The notes beneath the pieces are model-generated. The model worked only from the letters and a program-made list of their open reading frames with translations, was not told where the DNA came from and made no database searches. A stretch of DNA of 32,897 nt, from positions 1 through 32,897 of the forward strand of contig JADGCE010000014.1 in assembly GCA_015229095.1 (NCBI GenBank), given 5' to 3'. Position numbers and translations under genes: made by a program. This document shows positions 16,959 through 25,132 of the stretch, one piece after another. Origin of the DNA: Magnetococcales bacterium (GTDB lineage Bacteria > Pseudomonadota > Magnetococcia > Magnetococcales > Magnetaquicoccaceae). Each line of letters opens with the position of its first letter. The stretch's first letter is position 1.

Positions 16959-17777
16959 ATGCCAGAATTACCGGAAGTGGAAACAATCTGTCGAGGCATT
17001 CGCCCATGCATCACCGGCCAACAGGTGGTGCAGGTGGTGGTACGCTGTGCCACCTTGCGTTGGCCCGTGCCGGTGACCGCCTTGCAGGAGGAGTTGCAGG
17101 GAGAGACCATTCAGCGGGTGGATCGACGGGGAAAATATCTGCTGCTCCATGCAGAACGGGGTTGTCTGATCGTTCACTTGGGCATGTCAGGCCGTTTGCA
17201 CTGGTTGCCTTCCCCGCTGGAAGCAGGAAAGCATGACCATGTGGATCTGCGCTTTGCCGACGGAGGGTTGTTGCGTTTTACTGATCCCCGCCGTTTTGGT
17301 TCTCTGTCATGGAACCGTGGGCCGCCAGAGACGCATCCCCTGTTGGCACCCCTGGGGCCGGAGCCTTTGAGCGAGTTGTTCCATGCGCACTATCTCTGGC
17401 ATAAGTTGCAAAACAGGAAAGTATCGATCAAAAATCTGTTGATGGACAGCCATATCGTGGCAGGAATCGGCAATATTTATGCGGCGGAAGCCCTGTTCCA
17501 CGCCGGCCTGCACCCGGCTCGTCCGGCAGGATCGTTATCCCGGTCGCAGTGCCACTGTCTGGTGCAAAGCATTCAGGAAATATTGAAGCGCGCCATCGCC
17601 CAGGGAGGGACAACGGTGCGGGATTTTCGCCATGCCGACGGCAGCCAGGGCTATTTTCAACAAACGTTGGAGGTCTATGGACGACAGGGAGAGGCCTGCC
17701 GCCGCTGTGGTGCCACCGTGATCCGTCTGCGCCTGGGGGGACGAGCCTCGTGTTGCTGTCCCGAATGTCAGCGGTGA
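16959..17777 (+). CDS. mutM: Formamidopyrimidine-DNA glycosylase
   Basis: MPELPEVET, RRGKYL, HLGMSG, DPRRFG, LGPEP, GIGNIYA.E.LF, GGTT..DF and a C-terminal zinc finger CRRC...CPECQ. Confidence 0.98.
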   Translation: MPELPEVETICRGIRPCITGQQVVQVVVRCATLRWPVPVTALQEELQGETIQRVDRRGKYLLLHAERGCLIVHLGMSGRLHWLPSPLEAGKHDHVDLRFADGGLLRFTDPRRFGSLSWNRGPPETHPLLAPLGPEPLSELFHAHYLWHKLQNRKVSIKNLLMDSHIVAGIGNIYAAEALFHAGLHPARPAGSLSRSQCHCLVQSIQEILKRAIAQGGTTVRDFRHADGSQGYFQQTLEVYGRQGEACRRCGATVIRLRLGGRASCCCPECQR

Positions 17778-17874
17778 CGATGGGAACTTATCCCTTCCAT
17801 GCGTGTCTGAGCGACCGGGATGCGGGATCCACCCGCTTCGAGAAACACGTATTTCAATAAGAGGAACCCTTATC

Positions 17875-18069
17875 ATGAAACCCAATGTTGGCGGTATGGA
17901 TCGCATTCTGCGCATCGTGGTCGGCGCTCTCCTGCTCTCCCAGGCCTTTGTGGGGCTGCACACCCCGTGGGGTTGGGTGGGCGTTATTCCCATTCTGACA
18001 GCTCTTCTGAAGTTTTGTCCCTTCTACCCTCTTCTTGGTCTCAATACATGCCCCGCCAAACAGGAATAG
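17875..18069 (+). CDS. DUF2892 (YgaP-like) small membrane protein
   Basis: MKPNVGGMDRILRIVVG...WGWVG.IP..TA...FCP.Y.LLGLNTC signature; GAGGA RBS. Confidence 0.9.
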   Translation: MKPNVGGMDRILRIVVGALLLSQAFVGLHTPWGWVGVIPILTALLKFCPFYPLLGLNTCPAKQE

Positions 18070-18111
18070 TGGGCGCTTTACCTGTGGTGGATGGTCAGAC
18101 CTGCGGGGAGG

Positions 18112-18138
18112 GCCGGGAGGGGATTATTCCCTCCCGGC
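18112..18138. terminator. Strong hairpin enclosing the fdhF stop codon, between convergent genes
   Basis: GCCGGGAGGG (18112-18121) pairs perfectly with CCCTCCCGGC (18129-18138); the loop contains TTA 18124-18126, the fdhF TAA on the minus strand. Confidence 0.55.
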
Positions 18139-20862
18139 GGGGCGCGGGGAGAGCGGGATCTTTTGGATGCGCACCGGCGTCACCTTGTATTCCGGACAGC
18201 GGGTATGTGTATCGCTGCCAGGACCGACCAACAGGTTTGTGCGGGTTTGAGGAAAGTGAAACGCCATGAAAACCACCCCCGGAGGGGTTTCTGCAACCAC
18301 TTCCGCCTGCGCCGTCGTCTCTCCCTGGCGGGACACGATCGCCACGGTATCCCCGGAACGGATGCCAAGTTCTGCGGCATTGTGTGGATGGATGCGGATG
18401 CTCTCCTGCTGCGCGGCGACCAACGAGAGGATGGCACTGCGCCGGGTCATCGTTCCCACGTTATAATGGTAGAGCGTGCGGCCTGTGGTCAACAACAACG
18501 GAAAGGTCGGGTCGCATCCGCTCTCCGGCGGCTGCCACGGGGTTGGAGTCAGACGGGCCAGACCACGCAGGCAATCCCCTCCCCCATGCATCAGCCCGGT
18601 GCCCGGGTGATCCGCGTCCGGGCAGGGCCACTGCAAGAAACCGAGTTTGTGCAGCCGCCCTGTAGAAATGCCTCCCCAGTTGGGGGTCAGTTGCGCGATT
18701 TCGGCCAGGGTGCGATCCGCATCGAGACCCTCTTCAGAGGCATCGGCGCATCCCAGATCCCAGCCCATGCGTTTGGCCAAGGCCAGAACGATATCCCCAT
18801 CGGTGCGTGCCTGACCCGGTGGAGAGACGGCCTGGAGCACCGGCTGCACCCGGCGGTCGCTGTTGACAAAGGTGCCTCTCTTTTCAAAAAAGCTGGCACC
18901 AGGCAGCACAACATGGGCAAAGCGGGCTGATTCACTCAAGAAAATCTCCTGAACAACAAGAAATTCCAGCTTTCTCAACGCCGCAGCCACCTGTGCAGAG
19001 TCTGGGTCGGACTGGGCCGGATCCTGCGCCACCAGATAGAGTCCCCGCAAGGTGCCTGCACGCGCAGCGGCAAACATCTCCGGCATTTTCATCCCCGGTT
19101 TGGCCGGGGGTTCCACCCCCCAAACCGCTTTGAAGCGGGCACGCATTTCTGGATTGGTCACAGACTGATAGTCTGTGGTGACGTTGGGCAGAGCCCCCAT
19201 ATCACAAGCACCCTGGACATTGTTTTGACCCCGGATGGGGCTGGCCCCGGTGCCTGGACGACCGATGTTGCCGGTCAAAATTGCCAAATTGATCAAACCG
19301 AAAGCGGCCATCGTTCCCTGGCACGCTTCGGTGATGCCCAACCCCCAGAGAATCTGTCCCCGTTGGGCTTGGGCAAACAAACGGGCAGCCCGGAAAATCA
19401 ACTCTGCCGGGATTTCTCCCACCTGTGCCGCCCATTCCGGGGTGCAGGAGGCCAGAACGGGCATGAGGCTTTCCAACCCTTCCGAGTGGTCGGCGACAAA
19501 AGCGGCATCCAACCGTTTTTCGTCGAGGATCACCCGCTGCATGGCGTTAATCACCGCCACGTTGGAACCGGGTCGCAACGGCAGGTGCAGATGAGCCATG
19601 CGCGCCAGTTCGGTGCGACGCGGGTCAAGTACGATCAGGGTACAGCCGTTGCGCACGGCCCGACGGATGCGGGCACCGAGCACCGGATGGGACTCGGTGG
19701 GATTGGCTCCGACAATGAGCAACAGATCCGAGCGGTCGATCTCTTCAAAACCACTGGTTCCGGCTCCTGTGCCCAACGCCTCTCCCAGGGCAAAGGCGGA
19801 TGGGGAGTGACACACCCTGGCACAGTTATCGATGTTGTTGGTGCCCAACACCACGCGGGCGAACTTTTGCAGCACATAGTTTTCTTCGTTGGTGCAGCGT
19901 GCAGAGCTGACCACGCCCAGGGATTCCGGACCGTGGGTATCGCGGATGGTCGCAAAACCTTCGGCGATCCGTCCGAGGGCGGTCTGCCAATCACACGCTT
20001 CCAGTACGCCCTGGGCGTTGCGAATCATGGGTCGGGTGAGGCGGTCCGGGGAGTGGACAAAACCATGGCCGAACCGCCCTTTGACACACGCATGTCCCTG
20101 ATTGGCCGAACCTGCCGGATCCGGCTCCACGCGCACAATCCGGCCTTGCTCCGTCGTGACTTGCAACCGGCAACCCACCGCACAGTAGCCGCATGTGGTG
20201 GCCACGACCCGCTCCCCGACTTGGCGGGCCAACACACTAGGCTCGCGGATCGCCCCGGTGGGACAGACGGCCAAACAACCACCGCAGGCCACACACCCCG
20301 CCTGTTCCAACGACGTGTCGGCCCCGGCGATCACCGCCTGCTTTTCTCCTCTGCCCATCATGCCCAGCACGTCCGCTCCCTGCACCTTCTGGCACACAGA
20401 GACGCACAATCCACACTGGATGCACAGGCTGGGTTGCCGATGGATGAAGGGGTGACGCGTGTCGATGATCTCTACGGTGGGTTGCGGGTTGGCAAGGAGC
20501 TGGAAACCCAGTTCCATGGCCAGAGTTTGCAGACGGCAACGCCCTTCCACCGGGCAGATCGCGCAACGGAGCGGGTGGTTGCGCAGCAGCAGACGCATGG
20601 CCCAGTGCCGCGCCGTCTGCAGTTCGGAGGTGGTGCTGCGGTAACATGCACCGGGCGTCACCGTGGTTTGACAGGCATGCACCAAGCCGCGCCCGACCTC
20701 TTCTACCAGACAGATACCACAGCGTCCCCCATGGGGCACGTGCTCCCAATGGCACAGGGTCGGGATCGCAATCCCCAGTTCTCGCAAGGCATGCAAGAGC
20801 CGCGTTCCCTCGGGCAGATGAACGACCCGGCCATCGATTTCCACGCGGATCACGGCATCCAC
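18124..20862 (-). CDS. fdhF: Cytoplasmic formate dehydrogenase alpha subunit (FdhF/FdsA type; Mo/W-bisPGD, Cys ligand; N-terminal 2Fe-2S and 4Fe-4S domains)
   Basis: IPTLC..GRCGICLVE..AC, HPLRCAIC..C, two ferredoxin motifs, CGYCAVGC..CVKG.FG, SARCTNEENY, NNIDNCARVCHSPS, RGQNNVQGACDMG, LLTTGR..YHYN and PEYK motifs; no Tat signal. Confidence 0.9.
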   Translation of the reverse strand: MDAVIRVEIDGRVVHLPEGTRLLHALRELGIAIPTLCHWEHVPHGGRCGICLVEEVGRGLVHACQTTVTPGACYRSTTSELQTARHWAMRLLLRNHPLRCAICPVEGRCRLQTLAMELGFQLLANPQPTVEIIDTRHPFIHRQPSLCIQCGLCVSVCQKVQGADVLGMMGRGEKQAVIAGADTSLEQAGCVACGGCLAVCPTGAIREPSVLARQVGERVVATTCGYCAVGCRLQVTTEQGRIVRVEPDPAGSANQGHACVKGRFGHGFVHSPDRLTRPMIRNAQGVLEACDWQTALGRIAEGFATIRDTHGPESLGVVSSARCTNEENYVLQKFARVVLGTNNIDNCARVCHSPSAFALGEALGTGAGTSGFEEIDRSDLLLIVGANPTESHPVLGARIRRAVRNGCTLIVLDPRRTELARMAHLHLPLRPGSNVAVINAMQRVILDEKRLDAAFVADHSEGLESLMPVLASCTPEWAAQVGEIPAELIFRAARLFAQAQRGQILWGLGITEACQGTMAAFGLINLAILTGNIGRPGTGASPIRGQNNVQGACDMGALPNVTTDYQSVTNPEMRARFKAVWGVEPPAKPGMKMPEMFAAARAGTLRGLYLVAQDPAQSDPDSAQVAAALRKLEFLVVQEIFLSESARFAHVVLPGASFFEKRGTFVNSDRRVQPVLQAVSPPGQARTDGDIVLALAKRMGWDLGCADASEEGLDADRTLAEIAQLTPNWGGISTGRLHKLGFLQWPCPDADHPGTGLMHGGGDCLRGLARLTPTPWQPPESGCDPTFPLLLTTGRTLYHYNVGTMTRRSAILSLVAAQQESIRIHPHNAAELGIRSGDTVAIVSRQGETTAQAEVVAETPPGVVFMAFHFPQTRTNLLVGPGSDTHTRCPEYKVTPVRIQKIPLSPRPAGRE

Positions 20863-20992
20863 ACCATCACAAACAGAATCGTTTTACCTTCGATCATTCC
20901 GTGCTCCCAATCAGGGTAACAGGGTCCATGGAGCGCATCCATGTCCGCATGCTATCACAGTTGAGAAGGGTTCACAAACTTGACAGTGTCCA

Positions 20993-21021
20993 TTGACTGA
21001 CAGGTCACGCTCCCGTACACT
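20993..21021 (+). promoter_or_regulatory. Sigma70-type promoter for the Tudor-knot gene
   Basis: TTGACT (20993-20998), 17-nt spacer, TACACT (21016-21021). Confidence 0.55.
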
Positions 21022-21076
21022 GCAGCGGTCGCGGCGTCGCGGATCCTCCATACGTTTGAACGAGAAGAGCGAATCG

Positions 21077-21430
21077 ATGAAGATAATAGTCATTCTGTTT
21101 TTGGGTCTGTTGTTGGCGTTGACTGGTCGTGTTGAAGCCATGGATGTGGGCGAGCGTGCGCAGGTTTCCTGGAAGGGGACATGGTATCCGAGCAGGGTAC
21201 TGGATGTTTCCGGAAATCGTGTGTTCATTCACTATGATGGCTACGAAAGCAGCTGGGATGAGTGGGTCACCATGGATCGTGTCAAGATCGAGGTGTTATG
21301 GAAAGGTCAGTGGTACAAAGCCAGGGCGTTGCGGTCTGATGATGGCTATGATGTGTTGATCCATTATGACGGTTATGACAGCAGTTGGGATGAGTGGGTC
21401 ACCATGGATCGTATCAGGGCCGCCAGGTAA
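21077..21430 (+). CDS. Secreted protein with two tandem Tudor-knot/Agenet (chromo-barrel-like) domains
   Basis: Signal peptide MKIIVILFLGLLLALTGRVEA, then two copies of WKG.WY..R.L......IHYDGY.SSWDEWVTMDR. Confidence 0.85.
   Translation: MKIIVILFLGLLLALTGRVEAMDVGERAQVSWKGTWYPSRVLDVSGNRVFIHYDGYESSWDEWVTMDRVKIEVLWKGQWYKARALRSDDGYDVLIHYDGYDSSWDEWVTMDRIRAAR
21254..21412 (+). repeat. Intragenic direct repeat with an identical 27-bp core
   Basis: TGGGATGAGTGGGTCACCATGGATCGT at 21254-21280 and 21386-21412, within the duplicated domain. Confidence 0.9.
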
Positions 21431-21626
21431 AGAGGTCGTGACTCTCCTGTTGAAGTCTTGACAAGAGCACAATGCCCACACAGTAGAAGGGGGAGAAGCG
21501 GCACCGTACTTGCCGGTTGTGATGGCAGCATAAACAACAAGGCGTTCCCCCCCATGCCTGACCATTTTTCCGGTCAATACAGTGTGGGAGGATGAACGGT
21601 AACATCTTTGAAACCGGATAGCCCCC

Positions 21627-23609
21627 ATGAATTGGCTGAACCGCTTGTTGATTTGGCAAAGATTTGCCCTCGGATTTGTTATTGTCGGGTGTTTTTTCTT
21701 CTTCATCGTGTTCATCTACCACTTCAGCATGAAGCAGATCGGAGAGAGCTATGAGCATGTTCTGGATGTGGATTTTTCAAGATTTTCAATAGGATATAAA
21801 TTATCTCATATTCTTTCTCAAATGAGAGATGTAGAATACAACTTTCGCATCACACCAAAAGACGAACTCTCGGAAGACCACCAAAACTACTACAACGATT
21901 TTCTGGAAAAACTGGTCAAACTCACCTTGCTGGAGCAAGAGTCCGGCGATGCAGAAAGCTTGAAAGTTCCCACAGGAATTGCCGATCAAATCAAGATGTA
22001 TCGGGAGGCCTTCGTCGCCACCGTGGACGCTTGGCGCGTCAAAGGAATGAAGGAGGGTGCCGGGTTGCGCGGGCAACTGTCGGAAGATGTCAAACGCTCT
22101 GAGCAGGCCATCGATCGACTGGCCCTCTCCTCCCACGGTGACACAAACGGTAACATATGGCGGGATTTTTACCAGGTTCGCAATCTGGAGGAGAGCTATT
22201 TCCAAACCCTTGATGCCCAGTACGCCGATTCGCTTGTTCGGTTGATCGAAGAGATTCGGGGCCGGTTGGGAAGCAGCCCGGTTTCCGACGGACTGCCGGT
22301 TGCGGTCACCCTGGAGACCTATCGCGACCATTTTTTGGCAATGGTCGAGCAGGATCGTCGCATCCAAGAACTCAGCGAGGCGATGGAAGAAGCAAATCAT
22401 GCCATTGAATTTTTGGTAGAATATCATTTCAGTCGGGTGGCTCAGGACACACACAAGGCCTCCGAGTCCACCCAGGCATTTGGCCGAGAGCGAACCAGAT
22501 TGGCTTTCGCAATGGCCACTGTTTTGATCGTCCTGATGATCGGAATTGCTTTTCTCCTGGTGGTCGGTGTGGTGCGTCCCATTTCACGGGTGACACGTGC
22601 CATGCTCCATGTCTCGGATGGTCACCTGGATTCGCAGGTTCCCGTGGTGGGAGTCGACGAATTGGGCCAGATGGCAACCATTTTCAATACCATGGCCATG
22701 CAGTTGCGGGCTGCCCATAACGGTCTGCAAAACGAACAGGAAAAGCTGACCACCATTCTCCTCAGCGCACGCGAGGGTATTGTGGGAACCGATCGGGATG
22801 GCAGGGTGGTTCTGGTCAACCCCGCCGCCGTGCGATTGTTGGAAAAATCCGAAGAGACCATCATCGAGGGGGGCTTCTTGAATCTGCTGGATGATCCCGA
22901 CTATGTCCAGCAGTTTTTGCTCCGCGCTGGCATCGATATGCCGGATACCTTGTTTTATAAAGGAAAAGTGTTAAACTTTTTTGCCGCCTCCATCGAGGAC
23001 AGAAACGGCGAAGTGGTTGGTTCTGCCGCGCTGATACGGGATGTCACGGAAGAGAAAAAACTGGAGCGCATGCTGCGGGATCTCTCCAATACCGACGGGC
23101 TGACCCAACTGCTCAATCGCCGTCGTTTTGACGAATTGATGCAGATCGAATTTCAACGGGCCAGGCGGTATGGCATGCCGTTGGGGTTGTTGCTGTTCGA
23201 TGTGGATCATTTTAAAAAATTCAATGACACCTATGGGCATGACCAGGGGGACCGGGTGTTGCAGGCCCTTGCCAAAACCATGATCCATTCCTTCCGGGAC
23301 GTGGATTTTTGTTGCCGTTATGGAGGTGAGGAATTTTGCGTCATCACCCCCAATACGGCGACTCCAGGCCTGTTGATCGCGGCGGAGCGGTTTCGGGAAA
23401 AGGTGGAGGCATTAGTGATTGATGGATTGAAGGTGACCATCAGTATCGGCGCCGTGGTCTATCCTCTTCACCTCCCCCATGCCAAGGGGCCTGCAGAACT
23501 TTTCAAAGCGGCGGACGATGCCTTGTATGCTGCCAAACGAGGGGGGCGCAACCAGGTCCGTGAGGCCTCTCTTCAGGAAGGTTCCGGAACAGCAGCAACA
23601 AAGGCATGA
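21627..23609 (+). CDS. Membrane diguanylate cyclase (periplasmic helical sensor-HAMP-PAS-GGDEF)
   Basis: Two TM segments flanking a helical periplasmic region, HAMP (RPI..V...DELGQMA..FN.M), PAS, D.LT.L.NRR, RxxD I-site (RDVD) and GGEEF. Confidence 0.92.
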   Translation: MNWLNRLLIWQRFALGFVIVGCFFFFIVFIYHFSMKQIGESYEHVLDVDFSRFSIGYKLSHILSQMRDVEYNFRITPKDELSEDHQNYYNDFLEKLVKLTLLEQESGDAESLKVPTGIADQIKMYREAFVATVDAWRVKGMKEGAGLRGQLSEDVKRSEQAIDRLALSSHGDTNGNIWRDFYQVRNLEESYFQTLDAQYADSLVRLIEEIRGRLGSSPVSDGLPVAVTLETYRDHFLAMVEQDRRIQELSEAMEEANHAIEFLVEYHFSRVAQDTHKASESTQAFGRERTRLAFAMATVLIVLMIGIAFLLVVGVVRPISRVTRAMLHVSDGHLDSQVPVVGVDELGQMATIFNTMAMQLRAAHNGLQNEQEKLTTILLSAREGIVGTDRDGRVVLVNPAAVRLLEKSEETIIEGGFLNLLDDPDYVQQFLLRAGIDMPDTLFYKGKVLNFFAASIEDRNGEVVGSAALIRDVTEEKKLERMLRDLSNTDGLTQLLNRRRFDELMQIEFQRARRYGMPLGLLLFDVDHFKKFNDTYGHDQGDRVLQALAKTMIHSFRDVDFCCRYGGEEFCVITPNTATPGLLIAAERFREKVEALVIDGLKVTISIGAVVYPLHLPHAKGPAELFKAADDALYAAKRGGRNQVREASLQEGSGTAATKA

Positions 23610-23655
23610 GTGTCAAGATGGGTCGGATGGGCTCCCTTTTTTGGAAGGCAAGGCT

Positions 23656-24054
23656 ATGATCATTTTTGCAAGGGGGGTGGGGCACCACCTGGGGTCACGA
23701 CCTTCTTCCCGTTGCCTGCGCTCCCTCCCGGCCATGGGACTGATTGCCATGATAACGTGGGTTGCTCCGGGGACGGTTTGCGCAAAGATGGACGCCGTCA
23801 CCGCTCTTGAAGTGTTGAAACGCAACGACTGCACCAAATGCCATTCTGTACAAAAATCCAAGAACGGTCCTTCGTACACCAAGGTCTCAAAAAAATACAA
23901 GGGTGACGCCCAGGCCGAGGAAAAGCTCTACAAACATCTCACCACCACCCCCAAGGTCAAACTGGAGGATGGCACCGAAGAGGAGCATAAAAAGACCGAT
24001 TTCAGCGATCCGGAACATCTGAAAGAGTTTATCCGCTGGATATTGTCCCTGTAG
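23656..24054 (+). CDS. mtoD: MtoD-like periplasmic monoheme cytochrome c (probably bis-His)
   Basis: CTKCH..K.K.GPSY..V..KY.G...AE.KL..H.T....K..DG.EEEHK...WILSL matches the MtoD pattern, with a distal His and no axial Met. GGAAGG precedes ATG 23656; the exact start is uncertain. Confidence 0.8.
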   Translation: MIIFARGVGHHLGSRPSSRCLRSLPAMGLIAMITWVAPGTVCAKMDAVTALEVLKRNDCTKCHSVQKSKNGPSYTKVSKKYKGDAQAEEKLYKHLTTTPKVKLEDGTEEEHKKTDFSDPEHLKEFIRWILSL

Positions 24055-24099
24055 TGAGGCGTGTCGGCAACCGCTTTGAACAATGACGGAGGAGGAAGC

Positions 24100-25107
24100 G
24101 TGAAAAGATTGCGTGATGCGCTGATGGTGTTTTTTGCCGCCATGTGCTGGGTGGTGCCGCTTCTGGCGGAGGAGGAAGAGAAGGAACCGAAAAAAGATGT
24201 CGTCCTGCGGGATGACGCCGAGTGCACCTTTTGTCACGAGGAGGAGGACTCCATTACCCTGCTGGCCATCGGCAAGGGCAGACACGGCACTCTGGCAGAT
24301 CCCCGCACCCCCACCTGCACGAGTTGTCACGGCTCCAGTCGGGACCATCTGAAAAAGCCCCCCGGACAAGGGGATAAACGTCCCAGGCCGGACATCACCT
24401 TTGGACGGCGTTCCCCCGCCATCCGTCCTGATGCCCGCATCGACGAGGATTTTGGCAACTTCAAAAGCTCCGACACGCCGGCAGAGAGCATCAACAAGGT
24501 CTGTGTCGCCTGTCATCAAGGGGAAAAATTGCTTTATTGGTCCAGCAGTGCCCACGCCAGCCAGGAGGTGGCTTGCACCCATTGCCACGAAATTCATACC
24601 GATCATGACCGGGTGCTGGACCTGCGAAGCCAACCCAATGTCTGTTTTGGTTGTCATAAAAGCCAGCGGGCCCTCTTCAACCGCCCCTCCCATCACCCGG
24701 TTCCCGAAGGAAAAATGGCCTGCTCCAACTGCCACAATCCCCACGGCTCCGCAGGCCATAAATCGTTAAAGTTTGACGGGATCAACGAGACCTGCTACCA
24801 GTGCCATATGGAAAAACGCGGTCCTTTCCTCCATGCTCATCCCCCGGTGGCGGAAAACTGTCTCATCTGTCACAACCCCCATGGAACCGTGGTAGCGGAT
24901 TTGCTCAACTATCGCCCCCCTTACCTCTGTCAGGACTGCCACAGCGACACCGGACATCGGGGACAGGTGGCGGGTTTGCCCAGTGGCCGCACGACGGCCA
25001 GTACCCTGTTGGGAACCGTCGCCCGTGGTTGTTTGAAATGCCATACCAACATTCATGGCAGCAACAGTACCGAAAATGCCACGAGTTCCGGACGTTTCCG
25101 CCGATGA
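24100..25107 (+). CDS. mtoA: Decaheme cytochrome c of the DmsE/MtrA/MtoA/PioA family
   Basis: Ten CxxCH; SHHPV.EGKM.C..CHNPHGS, EKRGPFL..H.PV.ENC..CHNPHG and C..CHTNIHGSN motifs; GGAGGAGG before GTG 24100; signal peptide. Confidence 0.92.
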   Translation: MKRLRDALMVFFAAMCWVVPLLAEEEEKEPKKDVVLRDDAECTFCHEEEDSITLLAIGKGRHGTLADPRTPTCTSCHGSSRDHLKKPPGQGDKRPRPDITFGRRSPAIRPDARIDEDFGNFKSSDTPAESINKVCVACHQGEKLLYWSSSAHASQEVACTHCHEIHTDHDRVLDLRSQPNVCFGCHKSQRALFNRPSHHPVPEGKMACSNCHNPHGSAGHKSLKFDGINETCYQCHMEKRGPFLHAHPPVAENCLICHNPHGTVVADLLNYRPPYLCQDCHSDTGHRGQVAGLPSGRTTASTLLGTVARGCLKCHTNIHGSNSTENATSSGRFRR

Positions 25108-25132
25108 TCAAACGCTTGGGAGAACCAGAACG

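Noticed and set aside
19790-19840. Possible selenocysteine/SECIS in formate dehydrogenase
   Set aside because: The active-site codon is TGT (Cys) in NCARVCH and there is no in-frame TGA.
21230-21420. Direct repeat considered as a CRISPR or mobile-element repeat
   Set aside because: Only two copies, in frame within a duplicated protein domain; no spacers or cas genes.
21431-21626. Possible c-di-GMP riboswitch or promoter ahead of the diguanylate cyclase (TCTTGACAAGA)
   Set aside because: No GEMM consensus is visible, and there is no acceptable -10 at 16-18 nt from the TTGACA.
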